In this document: piece after piece, positions 1 through 10,484 of the stretch
How the letters are laid out: the number at the start of each line of letters is the position of its first letter
Numbering within the stretch: the first letter of the stretch is position 1
DNA from: an uncultured Acidobacteriota bacterium
GTDB taxonomy: Bacteria > Acidobacteriota > UBA6911
Assembly: GCA_963843575.1 (NCBI GenBank)
Contig: CAWJKZ010000010.1
Location: 160,001 to 224,000 of the forward strand
Direction: 5' to 3'
Length of the DNA stretch: 64,000 bases
Program-made: the position numbers and the translations under genes
Notes under the pieces: model-generated
What the model saw: the letters and a program-made list of their open reading frames with translations, nothing else
Database searches by the model: none
Told to the model about the DNA's origin: nothing

Positions 1-185
1 ATCCCGAGGATGAACCACGGGGCAGACTTGCCGAGGATGCTCTCGGCGATGCCACCGGCGTAATACGCCGAGGAGGCCAGATCGCAAAGCACGATGGACG
101 CCGCCCTCCAGAAAGATATGAAGGACAGCATCACGGTGGTGGCCACTACCACCTTTGAAGCGCCGGCCCGGTCCAAAGCTCTCAT
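1..185 (-). CDS. APC-family amino acid permease, N-terminal part (runs off the window start)
   Basis: Manual translation of the minus strand from ATG at 185: MRALDRAGASKVVVATTVMLSFISFWRAASIVLCDLASSAYYAGGIAESILGKSAPWFILG. It is hydrophobic and resembles the N-terminus of acidobacterial APC permeases. Not in the ORF track. Confidence 0.7.
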   Translation of the reverse strand, partial: MRALDRAGASKVVVATTVMLSFISFWRAASIVLCDLASSAYYAGGIAESILGKSAPWFILG

Positions 186-252
186 GCCTCTGTTCGCACC
201 TGTTCTCCACGAATGGATCGGGAATTGTACCACCAAGCGGGTGAAACCGGGG

Positions 253-390
253 CCTGTCGAAAAAAGGCGTGTGGCCCCGGTCTTCAGCCCGGACGCAGTT
301 TGCGGTCGCGATTGAGTGCAAACTTCACTAAATAGTGCAGATCAAAAGACGTCCGGGCTGAAGCCCGGACCCACTTGTCTTTCGGGCAGG
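253..390. repeat. REP/MITE-like inverted repeat
   Basis: Arms GTGGCCCCGGTCTTCAGCCCGGACG (271-295) and CGTCCGGGCTGAAGCCCGGACCCAC (350-374) are near reverse complements. The outer ends CCTGTCGAAAAA and TTTCGGGCAGG pair weakly. A half copy, GCTGAAGCCCGGAACCAC, lies near 14974-14991. Confidence 0.7.
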
Positions 391-399
391 CCGGGGCGT

Positions 400-3377
400 T
401 CAACCGCTGGACGGCCTCTCGAGCCTGTCCGCCGCGGCAGCGCGGAGCCGGGACACCAGCCGGGGCAGCTGATCGAACCTGCTCAGCCGGACTCCCGCGG
501 CACCGCCGCCTGGGTGTGTCTCGACGAATTCCGGATCGGGCGACAAGCCGAACCTGCGGTAGAAAGCCTGTCGGATAAACTCCTTGACCTCGGCCAGCCC
601 GGCTTTGTCGCTGTCGGCGTGCACCTGGAAGAAATCACCCTGACCGGCGGCATTGATCCGGACTGCGACGGCGTCGTTCCCGAACGCCCGCTTGAGCATA
701 GCCTCCGCCAGGTCGATCAGGGCAAGCCCGCGGAAGAAGTTCGTCCCTTCCAGCAGATGCAGTCCGGGACAGCGGGCGATCGAGGCGTCGTCCAGTCCCC
801 GGTTGAAATCGAAAGGTTTCGCCCCGAACCTCTCGAGCCAGAGATCCATGCGTTCCGGGCCGTAGCGACCGGTTTCCCAGTCGAGCTCCCGCATCATCTC
901 GGCTCTCGATGGAAGGGACTCGGGTTCGATGTCGAAGCAGCGGTCGCCGCACTGGGACCTTGACACGAACTCGATCCACTGATCGGGATGGTTGATGAGC
1001 CAGAAGTTCTTGGCGACCTCGCCGAAAAGGTAGGAGACCATCGCCCGGAGCGGCACCCCGGTTTCCTCGACGACGTCCCCCGAGGGCAGAGCGCGCCGCA
1101 GGACAGGGTCACGCCAGCCGGCGAGGAGCGATTCGAAGGCAGCATCGGCCTTCTGGCTTGCATCCACCGGCGTCAGTCGGCTGATCTCGATCAACTGGCG
1201 TATGTACCACTCGCGGTTTTGCAGCAGCAGTTCGTGCAGGGCGCTGCGTTGGACGAGGAGCGGGAGGGATTTGAGGATTTCAAGGACCTTCGTGTGCCCG
1301 GCCGCGCTAGTGACGCCGGTCTGCACCAGATCGTCCTCGACATACTTGAACAGGTCCAGATCGAGTGGGAGCCGCACGAGGATGGCGGCCAGCTCGGCGG
1401 CCTTTCCGGTCATCTTGCGCATCTCGGCCGCCGTCTGGCGTCCGGGGACGCGGGCTTCTGCGTAGGAGCCCCAGGACCAGCGCCAGGCGGCCCGGTCCCG
1501 GTCCACGCTGTAAGGGAAGAGCAGGTGGATGCGCTCGGACGGCACGGGGTAGGTCGCGATGATGCGGTAATTGTCGCGCGGGTTGGACGATATCAGGGTC
1601 CCCTCCCCTGCCCTGCCTTTCTGTTCAGTCGCCTGGTCGAGAGAGCCGGCGCGCACGCCGGTGCCGTACTCCGCCTGACAGGCGAGGTGCACCAGCACGT
1701 CTGGGGAGATGTTGAGGTCGAGAAGCGAGTTAATCGCGTTCTTGGTCGCGACCGTCACGGCCGAGGAACTGGAGAATCCCCCCTGCGGGATGTTCCCGGT
1801 CGAGACCAGCCGCATGCCGCGAAACCCCTCACGGCCCAGAACGGCCTGCACCTTGGCCCCCAGGTTCCCTTTCCGCAGGGTCCTCAGCGAGCAGATGGCG
1901 TTCCCGATCAGCGAGAACGGCCGTCTCATGTTGGTGCTCACCCAGAGCGATGGGGGGGGAGCGGCGTCTTCGCCTCGCGCCGCCTCTGCACCTCGTCGTC
2001 GGTGAAGTAACCCAGGGAGAGCAGCAGGTTCTCGGACATACGGGTGCCGAAGCCCTCGTAGGAATACCAGTCCCCGATTTCCTCCCCAGGGTACATGCAG
2101 TCGTCGTCGGCGGGGATGAAGTTCAGCTTCTCCCGAAACTGCGGATTGGTGGGGAAGAGGTGAATCTTCCGGTCTTCCGAGCACTGCGCGATCATGACGA
2201 TCTGCTCGCGGCCGGACGGTTCGCCGGCGCCGATCGGCATCTGCCACGCCGGCCCGAAAAAGCGGCCCATGTCCGGATGCATGAAGGCGATGCGCAGGCG
2301 CCCCCCGGAGACCCCGATGCCCACGGGGCGGTCGTTCACAAACCCCAGTTGTTCGCGGGCGGCAGTGGCGGCCAGCTCCTCGAGCTGCGCGGCGATGGCG
2401 GCCACCTGCACCACCGGCCGGGCCGCCACGAGCCTCTGCAGCGCACGCTCCACCGCATCCGCGTCCGGGGCAGCCGGAATGAAAAGGCTGCGCGAGTGTG
2501 CCAGGATTCCCTCGAGCAACGCCAAATCCATCGGGCGGGTCACATCCGAGCAGAGCAGATCGTACTCGGGATCTGCAACGGTCGTCGTGATGGTGCGGAT
2601 GTCGCCACCGCGGGCGCTGATCGCTTCGACCATGTCGGTCAGGTAGTACTGTCCCTGCGCGTTGTCGTTCCTGAGCCGTTCCAGGCACCGGCGCAGGTCT
2701 GCCGCGCGTACGGCGTACAGCGGGCAGTTGGCTTCGGTCAGGTCCCCCAGGGCACGCCGGGTGGCGCCGTCGGCGAGCGCGTCGATGTCGCGCTGTTCGA
2801 CGATGCGGACGACGTTGCCGCGCCCGTCACGCACGATCCGCCCCTTGCCCTGATTCTTCGGCGGCTCGTACACCGCCGTGAGGAGTGTCAGATCTGCTTC
2901 GCGGCTGCCTGCCATATGGGTTTCGTGTAGCTTCCGAAAAACGCCGGGGGCCACGATGCGATCGCCCATGGTGATCACCAGCACCGGGTTACACTCCTCG
3001 AGTCCCGGAACGCTGAGCGCCTCGAAGGCCGCGAAGGCCGTCCCGCCCGTCGGGTTTTCGGAACAGACGTAGACTGGAGCCCCGCCCAGGGCCGACATCA
3101 CCTCCTCGTGCCGGTAGCCGACGACGCACACGACCGGCGACGAAGGGCTGAACTCCCCGAAGGCGTCGATCGAATGGCGGGCGAGGGGTGTGCCGCCGAC
3201 CTGCTGGGCGCATTTGGGGGCCTGGCCGAAACGGGTCCCTTTCCCGGCCGCGAGAATCACGAGCACCGGGGTCTCCCCGATCATCGGGCCGGCCCCGTCA
3301 GGCCCGGGGCTCAGGACCTTGGCGCGATCCAGCCGCGCGGCATCGCCGAGCACCCGCACGGTTTCGCCAGTCGGCAT
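400..3377 (-). CDS. Fusion of GlmU-like sugar-1-phosphate nucleotidyltransferase and GHMP (galactokinase-like) kinase; frameshift in G8 run at 1952-1959
   Basis: The N-terminus has LAAGKGTRF, GRIVRD, IVEQRD and NDNAQGQYYLTD (GlmU uridyltransferase motifs). The C-terminal part, in ORF 400..2688, has GNIPQGGFSSSSA, GSLDQ and RINAAGQGD (GHMP-like motifs). Adding one base to the homopolymer joins the frames (TPLPPPSLWVST). The ATG at 3377 overlaps the pheA stop (TGATG). Confidence 0.75.
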
Positions 3378-4450
3378 CAGTACCCCTCCGGGACCTTCTT
3401 CGCCTCGGGGTAGCACCCGAGGAACCTGTAGAGCGGCGTCATCCGGCTCACGCGCTCGAGGGCGCGCCGGACGGCCTCATCCTGCACGGAACCGTGAAAA
3501 TCCACGAAAAACAGGTAGTTCTCGGGATCGTCCCGGTTCGGGGTCGACTCGATTCTGGTCAGGTTGATGCCGTCGTCGGCGAACTCCTTCAGCACACGGA
3601 ACAGCGCGCCGGCCCGGTGCTCGGTGGAAAACACGATCGAACACTTGTCGCCCGCCGCACCGTGGTCCAGCTTCGAGATGATCAGGAAACGCGTGAAGTT
3701 GCCGTGGTTGTCCTCGACCGACTCGTCGAGGACGGCGAGGTTGTAGAACTCCGCCGCGAAACGGCTCGCGATCGCGGCCGAGCCTTCCGCATGCTCCCGC
3801 AACAGCATCCTGGCAGCCGCGGCGGCGTCGTAATACGGACGCCCCTCCAACCCGTGGCTGGCCAGGTAGCCCTGGCACTGAGACAACGCATGCCGGCTCG
3901 AGTGCACGACCCGGATCTTGCGGCGGTCGGCTTCGGGTAATGCCAGGAGGCAGTAGCGCACCGGCAGCCGGACCTCGCCGCTGATCCGGAGATTCCTCTC
4001 CACCAGGAACTCGTTGACGTCGGGCACCACCTCGCCGAGCGTGTTCTCGACAGGCACGACCCCGAAGTGGAGCAGGCCGGCGTCGACCGCCTCGAACACC
4101 TCCCGGTGTTCGTCGCAGCTGATGCAGATCAGCCCCGGGTCGTACATGCCCGCAGCCACCTCGCTGAAGGAGCCATGCTCCCCCTGAAAACCGATCAGCC
4201 TCAAATCCTCCAATTGCAGCCGCTTGCTCTCCCCGATCACCTGCACGAAAAGCCGCTTGCAGAATTCCGGCTCGATCAGACCCTGCGAGTGCTTCCTGAT
4301 GTATTCGATGACTTCGCTTTCCCGCTTCTCGTCCGTGACGGCGCTTTTGAACTTCTTCGTGCGGAGAGAGTATTCCATCCGGCTGTTGAGGAGCTTGAGT
4401 ATCTCAAAATCGATCGTGTCGATCTTTTTCCTGATATCGTTTAGATCCAT
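3377..4450 (-). CDS. pheA: Bifunctional chorismate mutase/prephenate dehydratase
   Basis: AroQ-type N-terminus (IRKKIDTIDFEILKLLNSR), then FQGEHGSFSE, VPVENTLG, NFTRF, and an ACT domain with INLTRIES. Confidence 0.92.
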   Translation of the reverse strand: MDLNDIRKKIDTIDFEILKLLNSRMEYSLRTKKFKSAVTDEKRESEVIEYIRKHSQGLIEPEFCKRLFVQVIGESKRLQLEDLRLIGFQGEHGSFSEVAAGMYDPGLICISCDEHREVFEAVDAGLLHFGVVPVENTLGEVVPDVNEFLVERNLRISGEVRLPVRYCLLALPEADRRKIRVVHSSRHALSQCQGYLASHGLEGRPYYDAAAAARMLLREHAEGSAAIASRFAAEFYNLAVLDESVEDNHGNFTRFLIISKLDHGAAGDKCSIVFSTEHRAGALFRVLKEFADDGINLTRIESTPNRDDPENYLFFVDFHGSVQDEAVRRALERVSRMTPLYRFLGCYPEAKKVPEGY

Positions 4451-4526
4451 GGCATCTTCGGGAGCAGGGGTCAGGGCGCAATTCTAGCACCGATTGCCTT
4501 ATTTGGAGTCCGACGCGTCGGTTTGG

Positions 4527-4553
4527 CTTCCGTGTTTTCAGTGTCTTCCGTGG
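4527..4553. repeat. Three imperfect 9-nt tandem units
   Basis: CTTCCGTGT TTTCAGTGT CTTCCGTGG, intergenic. Confidence 0.6.
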
Positions 4554-4628
4554 CAGGCGTTTGACTTTCGGGGCACTCCGGAGCGACTTTGTCGCGTGCA
4601 CTCCATGTGGCGTCGCACTGCCAGGCCT

Positions 4629-5132
4629 TCAGATCGCCGGCGCCTGCAACCCATACTGGGCCCATTCCTCGCGCGCAGGGCCGAACACGCCGGGCACCTT
4701 GAGACCGGCCAGCCGCATGAGCACGGTCACCTGGCCAAGGTGGTGGACTTGGTGGAGGACTAGCGCGGTCAGGGTCTGCCCGCGGGTCCACATTTCCCCG
4801 TACATCTCGTCGGTCTGCCGGAGCGTGCTGTCCGTCCACTGCGAGGACACAGCGGACAGCAGCGATGCGGCCGCGCGCTGGTAGGCAGCCCGCAACTCGT
4901 CGGCTCGGACGGGAACCGGATCCTCCGGTCCCGGCCCTTCGATCTTCAGCCCCACCCGTTCCGTCATCTCGGGTATTGTCTGAACGACGTGCCAAGCCAC
5001 GCGCCCCAGGGTCCGGTCGTCCGGCCCGGCGGCCCGGACCAGGGATGCGTCGGTCAGGACGGCAAAGACCTTCTTCACATCGTCCATTCTCGCCTTCCAC
5101 ATGGAGTCGAACTCCGCGATCGTGCAGATCAT
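4629..5132 (-). CDS. DinB family protein (DinB/YfiT-like metal-binding fold)
   Basis: RTLGRVAWH and HQVHHLGQ supply the His triad; GLKVPGVFGP tail. Confidence 0.85.
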   Translation of the reverse strand: MICTIAEFDSMWKARMDDVKKVFAVLTDASLVRAAGPDDRTLGRVAWHVVQTIPEMTERVGLKIEGPGPEDPVPVRADELRAAYQRAAASLLSAVSSQWTDSTLRQTDEMYGEMWTRGQTLTALVLHQVHHLGQVTVLMRLAGLKVPGVFGPAREEWAQYGLQAPAI

Positions 5133-5262
5133 GTCTCCCCTCCGTAGAAATTCACGTCCTTTATGTTCTCATGCACCGGATTCGTAGTATATACAGGTTA
5201 AAATGCGCTATTTCATTTCTGATCGCCACCCGCGGATGCGGGTCGTCGAAGGAGGTATTTTC

Positions 5263-6977
5263 ATGTCGAACCCGCGCAGGCCACTCTGTTCACCGATTGG
5301 CATCGCAATCCTTGGGCTCGGCTGGCTCCTGGGGGTAGTTCCTCCGGCGTCGCCGGAGGAACCACCGGTGTTCGCGATAGTGAACGCGAGGATTATCCCG
5401 GTCTCGGGTCCACCGGTCGAGAAAGGGACGGTGATTATCCGCAACGGCGTCATCGAAGCGGTCGGTGCGGCCGTCGCGGTGCCCGGAGACGCCCGGGTGA
5501 TTGAGGCCGGGGGGCTCACCGTCTATCCGGGGCTGATCGATGCACTCTCGGACATCGGGCTGGAGGAGACACGCACACAGGCGACGGCGGAAGCGCGCGG
5601 CGCTGAGCCATCTCCCGGCACCCCGCAGCAACAGCCGCCGCAACCGACCCTGTCTTCCGACGAACGACAGGGGCTGACGCCTTACCGCGACGCGGCCGAC
5701 CTGCTGAACGGATCGCACCGGAAGATCGAATCCGCACGTGCCGTGGGCATTACCACGACCCTGCTGGCACCCGCGGGGGGATCTTCCTGGGCCGCAGCTG
5801 CCTGGTAAACCTCTCGGGAGGGGAACCCGGCCGGATGGTAGTGAAGACCCCGGTCGCATTTCATGTCGCGTTTCTTTCCGAGGGAGGCTTCGGCAGGGGT
5901 TACCCGGGTTCGCTCATGGGCATCATCGCGTTTTTCAAGCAGACGTTGCTCGACGCCCGGCACTATGGCGCAGCGTGGCGCCTGTACGACAGCACTCCCG
6001 GCACCCCGCGCCCGGAACGAAACAAGGCGCTGGAGGCGCTCCAGCCGGTCGTGATCCAAAACAGCCCGGTCGTCATGACGGGCGACGGACCGGTGGAAAT
6101 CCAGCGCATTCTCGACCTGGCCGGGCAATTCAAACTCAACCTCATTCTTTCGGGCGCCACCCGGGCTAGCAGGATCGCCGCGACGCTGCGCGATCGAAAC
6201 GTTCCGGTGCTCCTCAGCGTCAAATTCCCGGAGCGCGAGCGGGACGGCGACCCCGAGGAGCGCGAGGAGTTCAACCGGCTCAGGGACCGGGTAGAGGCGC
6301 CGGGGACCGCGGCCGCACTCGCCAAGGCGGGCGTCAAGTTCGCTTTCCAGTCCGCCGACATCGCCAACCCGAGGGACTTCATGCGCAACGTGGGGAAAGC
6401 GGTGGAAGCCGGGCTCGACCGGGACGTCGCCCTGCGTGCGCTCACTCTGACCCCGGCCGAATTCTTTGGCGTCGCCGATCGGTTCGGCAGCATCGACCGG
6501 GGGAAAACCGCGAACCTCGTGGTGGCCACCGGCGACATCTTCAACCCGGAGACGCGGGTGAAGGTGGTGTTTATCGACGGACGGAAGTTCGAAATCACCG
6601 AAAGCGAACCGCCGCGGGAAAGCGCACCACCGGGCGGCAGCGAGGCTGGTCCGGTCTTGACGCTGACGGGAGCGTGGAACGTCACGGTCGACACTCCCCA
6701 GGGCGCCGTCGCCGCCACCTTTCAGCTGCAACAGGCGGGTTCGGCGGTTACCGGGACGGTCTCGTCCCCGGTCGGCAACGCCGAGATCACGGACGGGAAG
6801 GTCGTCGGCAATACCCTGACGTTCAGGCTGTCCGGGGCAGGCATGGTTGTGTCGGGCTCAGCCACCATCGACGGCCCGCGCATCACAGGAACTCTTTCCG
6901 GCGACGAGGTCGGGTCGATGGGATTCAGCGGTACTAGGGTCCAGCCGGGACCGCAGCAGGGAGGAAACCATGAGTAG
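5263..6977 (+). CDS. Exported amidohydrolase-family protein, probably non-catalytic; frameshift in G6 run at 5775-5780
   Basis: GGAGG RBS at 5251 and a signal peptide; VYPGLIDA, ALTLTPAEFFG and GSIDRGKTANLVV motifs; extra C-terminal beta domain. One extra G joins ORFs 5203..5808 and 5835..6977 (APAGGIFLG). The HxH motif is absent (IDALSD). Confidence 0.8.
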
Positions 6978-8367
6978 CCATTCAGTTCAGGGGAGAACGC
7001 TAACCGCGACGATGACGCTGTTTCTGGCCTTTGTCGGGTGGGCCTCCGGTCCCGCGGAAAGCACGGGAATCCTCGTCATCAAGGACGCGACGATTCTCAC
7101 GGTGTCGCACGGGAGCATCGCGAAGGGATCCATCCTGATCCGGGGGGGCAAGATCGCCGAGGTAGGTGCCGTCGTGACGATGCCGCCGGGTGCCGAGGTC
7201 ATTGACGCGGCGGGCAAGTTCGTGATGCCCGGCATCATCGACCCCCACTCGCATCTCGCCCAGAACGGAGGGGTAAACGAAGGGAGCCTGGCCGTAACGT
7301 CGATGACCGCCGTGGAAGACGTCATCGACCCCGAGGACATCGACATCTACCGCGAACTGGCGGGGGGGGTCACGACGACGGCCACGCTGCACGGAAGCGC
7401 CAATCCGATCGGAGGAACCGGCGCCGTGATCAAGCTGCGCTGGGGCAAAGACGCCCGCGGCCTGCTCTTTCGGGGGGCCAAGCCCGGCCTGAAATTCGCG
7501 CTGGGCGAAAACCCCAAACGCGCCCGCAACCCTCAGAGGTATCCAGGAACGCGCATGGGCGTGGAGGATGTGATCCGGCAAGCTTTCGCCGAGGCGCGCA
7601 ACTACATGCAGTCGTGGGACCTGTACCGAAAGCGCAGCGGCGCCGGCGACAAGTCGGCCGTCCCTCCCCGCCTCGACCTCAAACTCGAGCCGCTGGCGGA
7701 AGTGCTGCGCGGCGAGCGGCTGACGTTCGTACATGCCTATCGCGCAGACGAGATGCTGATGATGATGCGGCTGGCCAACGAATGTGGCTTCAAGGTGAAC
7801 TCCTTCGAGCACGCCTTGGAGGGATACAAGATCGCCAGGGAGCTGGCCGCCCACGGCGCCGTGGCATCCACGTTTTCCGATTGGTGGGGCTACAAGGTGG
7901 AAGCGTACGACGCCATCCCTTACAACGCCGCGCTCATGACACGGAAAGGCGTGCTGGTGTCGCTGAATTCCGACAGCGCCGAGGAGGCCAGGCATCTCAA
8001 TCAGGAAGCCGCAAAATGCATGAAGTACGGCGGCCTGACCGAGGAGGAAGCCTTGAAGCTGGTGACCCTCAACCCAGCCCGGCAGCTCAAGCTCGAGGAC
8101 CGCGTCGGGTCGATCGACCCGGGCAAGGACGCCGACCTCGTCATCTACAATCACCACCCGCTCAGCGTATATGCCGTGCCCCAGCAGGTGTTTATCGACG
8201 GAGAGGTCTATTTCGACTTTCGGAAGGATCGGGAACTCCGCAAACGCATCGATCAGGAGCGGAATGCGCTCGAGGAGCGCGACAGGAAGGCGCGGGAACG
8301 TCCGGGCCCGGGGCGGAAGCCGCCCACCACGGCCGGGGATTCGGCACATCTGCCTGAAATGGAATAG
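6970..8367 (+). CDS. Exported metal-dependent amidohydrolase (imidazolonepropionase-like fold)
   Basis: Signal peptide, PGIIDPHSH, KFALGENPK, VHAYRADE, EH, NSD, GSIDPGKDADLV. Confidence 0.88.
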   Translation: MSSHSVQGRTLTATMTLFLAFVGWASGPAESTGILVIKDATILTVSHGSIAKGSILIRGGKIAEVGAVVTMPPGAEVIDAAGKFVMPGIIDPHSHLAQNGGVNEGSLAVTSMTAVEDVIDPEDIDIYRELAGGVTTTATLHGSANPIGGTGAVIKLRWGKDARGLLFRGAKPGLKFALGENPKRARNPQRYPGTRMGVEDVIRQAFAEARNYMQSWDLYRKRSGAGDKSAVPPRLDLKLEPLAEVLRGERLTFVHAYRADEMLMMMRLANECGFKVNSFEHALEGYKIARELAAHGAVASTFSDWWGYKVEAYDAIPYNAALMTRKGVLVSLNSDSAEEARHLNQEAAKCMKYGGLTEEEALKLVTLNPARQLKLEDRVGSIDPGKDADLVIYNHHPLSVYAVPQQVFIDGEVYFDFRKDRELRKRIDQERNALEERDRKARERPGPGRKPPTTAGDSAHLPEME

Positions 8368-8377
8368 GGGTGAGACC

Positions 8378-9670
8378 ATGGCTAGAACTTTTACACACAC
8401 AATCTCCTTCGCGGCCCTGCTGCTGGCTGTGGCCGCTGGGCGCGCCGCCGACGGAGGGACATGGGTCATCCGCAACGCCCGCGTACACACGATGGCTGCG
8501 GCCGGCACGCTGGAACGCGGCGGGGTCGTGATGAGGGACGGCAAGATCGTCGAGGTGGGCCGGGCCGTAAAGGTACCCGCGGGAGCCCGTGTGATCGACG
8601 CGGGAGGGCTCGAGATCTACCCGGGTATGGTCAACGCCTGGAGCAACATCGGTCTGACCGAGGTGGGAGCCGTCGACGTAACCAACGACTACAGCGAACA
8701 GGGCAACTACAAGCCCCAACTGCTGGCTTTCAGCGCCATCAACGCCGCCAGCGAGCACTTCCCCGTCGCACGGGTGAATGGGATAACGGCCAGCCTCAGC
8801 GCCCCCGCAGGGGGCGTCGTCGCCGGACAGCCCGTACTGCTGCACCTCGACGGGTGGACGGTCGACCAGATGGCCCTTCTGAAATCCGCGGGCATGGTCT
8901 TCAACTTCCCCACCCTGACCGTGCGCCGCGGATTTCCCGGCGCCGGCTTCGGGCGGCCGCCTGCGTCTTTCGCGGATGTCAAGAAAGCATACGAAGCGTC
9001 GCTCCGCGAGCTGGCAGAGTGGCTGGAGAAAGCCCGGCACTATGACCGCGCGCGCAAGACCGGCGCGGCGCCCGCACTCGACCTGCAGCTCGAGGCGCTC
9101 GTCCCGGTGGTCGAGGGACGATCCATCGTGTTTATGGCCGCGGACACCGCGCGAGACATCAGGAACGCCGTCGAGTTCGCCAGGAAGGAGAAGCTGAAGA
9201 TGGTGCTGCAGGGGGGACGCGAGGCACCGGCGGTGTCCGACCTCTTGAAGAGCGAGAGCGTGCCGGTCATTCTCGACTCGATCATCGCGCTGCCGAGGCG
9301 CGAGGACGACCCTTACGACGCCCTCTACACGGTGCCCCGTGACCTGGCCCGGGCGGGGGTTAAATTTGCCCTGACCGCGGGCGGCAGCACCGAAACCCGC
9401 AACCTCCCGTACGAGGCCGGCATGGCACAAGCCTACGGGCTGCCACACGAGGACGCGCTGCGCGCCGTCACGCTCGCGCCGGCGGAGATCCTGGGAGTGG
9501 CGGACCGCATCGGGAGCATTGAACCGGGGAAAATCGCGGACCTGGTCGTCACCGACAGCGATCTGCTGGAACCGAGGACCCAAATCAAAAGGCTGTTCAT
9601 CGCCGGACGTGAAGTCGAGCTGGACACCCGGCACACCCGCCTGTTCGAACAGTACGGCGCCCGCCCATGA
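8378..9670 (+). CDS. Exported amidohydrolase-family protein, metal ligands degenerate
   Basis: Signal peptide, YPGMVNAWSNIG (no HxH), RNLPYEAG, GSIEPGKIADLVV. Confidence 0.85.
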   Translation: MARTFTHTISFAALLLAVAAGRAADGGTWVIRNARVHTMAAAGTLERGGVVMRDGKIVEVGRAVKVPAGARVIDAGGLEIYPGMVNAWSNIGLTEVGAVDVTNDYSEQGNYKPQLLAFSAINAASEHFPVARVNGITASLSAPAGGVVAGQPVLLHLDGWTVDQMALLKSAGMVFNFPTLTVRRGFPGAGFGRPPASFADVKKAYEASLRELAEWLEKARHYDRARKTGAAPALDLQLEALVPVVEGRSIVFMAADTARDIRNAVEFARKEKLKMVLQGGREAPAVSDLLKSESVPVILDSIIALPRREDDPYDALYTVPRDLARAGVKFALTAGGSTETRNLPYEAGMAQAYGLPHEDALRAVTLAPAEILGVADRIGSIEPGKIADLVVTDSDLLEPRTQIKRLFIAGREVELDTRHTRLFEQYGARP

Positions 9671-9694
9671 CTCGGGCGAATGCGCGAGCCAGAT

Positions 9695-9837
9695 GGTCGC
9701 AAAACACGTGCGTCGAGGCTGAAGAGGCTGTCCCGAGGTTGCAGGGTCGCGTTGCGCAATACGGCGTGGGCGCCGGGCATCCCGGACGTAGGACGTAAGT
9801 GAAAGCGGCGCCGAGGCCGCCGAGGCGCCGCACTCCA
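9695..9837 (+). repeat. REPIN/MITE-like repeat, copy A (degenerate)
   Basis: Shares GAGGTTGCAGGGTCGC, CGTAGGACG and GAAAGCGGCGCCGAGG..CGCCGCACTCC with the copies at 28967, 40713 and 50811. Lies between convergent genes. Confidence 0.8.
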
Positions 9838-9861
9838 AATTGCCCGGACGCACGTGATCTA

Positions 9862-10347
9862 TCAGTTGACCGGGGGTGCGATCAACCCCAGGCGCACCGC
9901 CTGGCGCGCTTCCCGCTCCACCGCGAGCGCCTGTTCCAGGGCCTGCAGGGACGCGGCCTGCTCGGAGGTCAGGACCGCGCGGGCCCGGGCGCCGAACTCG
10001 TCGCGCTTTGCGCGGATATTGCCGCGCGCGTCTTCGATCTCCTTCCTCAATCGGCTCACGGTCGCGGAATCGACCGGGTCCTGCCTCATGGCGTCGCGCA
10101 GGGCCCTCACCTTGGGAGCAAGATCCCGGGCAAGCGATCCGACACTCTCGCGCATCGAAGCCTGGATGCCCTGGAGATCCGACACCTGCTGTGGCGTCAA
10201 CTTGAGATAATCCTTCAGGGCGTCAAACCCGCCCTTCTGGAACTGGCCTCCGGCCATCATCCCCCGGCGGCCTGCCATGCGCCCTTGCTGGCCGAAAGCG
10301 ACACCGGTAAGGAACAACACGACCATCAAGTACTTTGCCAATCTCAT
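9862..10347 (-). CDS. Spy/CpxP-like periplasmic helical protein
   Basis: Signal peptide, G/M/R-rich stretch, LKLTPQQ and VLTSEQ (LTxxQ motifs). Confidence 0.8.
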   Translation of the reverse strand: MRLAKYLMVVLFLTGVAFGQQGRMAGRRGMMAGGQFQKGGFDALKDYLKLTPQQVSDLQGIQASMRESVGSLARDLAPKVRALRDAMRQDPVDSATVSRLRKEIEDARGNIRAKRDEFGARARAVLTSEQAASLQALEQALAVEREARQAVRLGLIAPPVN

Positions 10348-10484
10348 AGCCTTGATATTCTCCTTGTGCATATACGCTGTGATCAGCTACGGAAAATACA
10401 AACCCGGAAGGGCGCGAAAAGTTCCGCTCGCATTCCGAGGCCCGCACGTTGTTCTGGTATGCTGAAGGTCAAAGCGAGGTGGCC

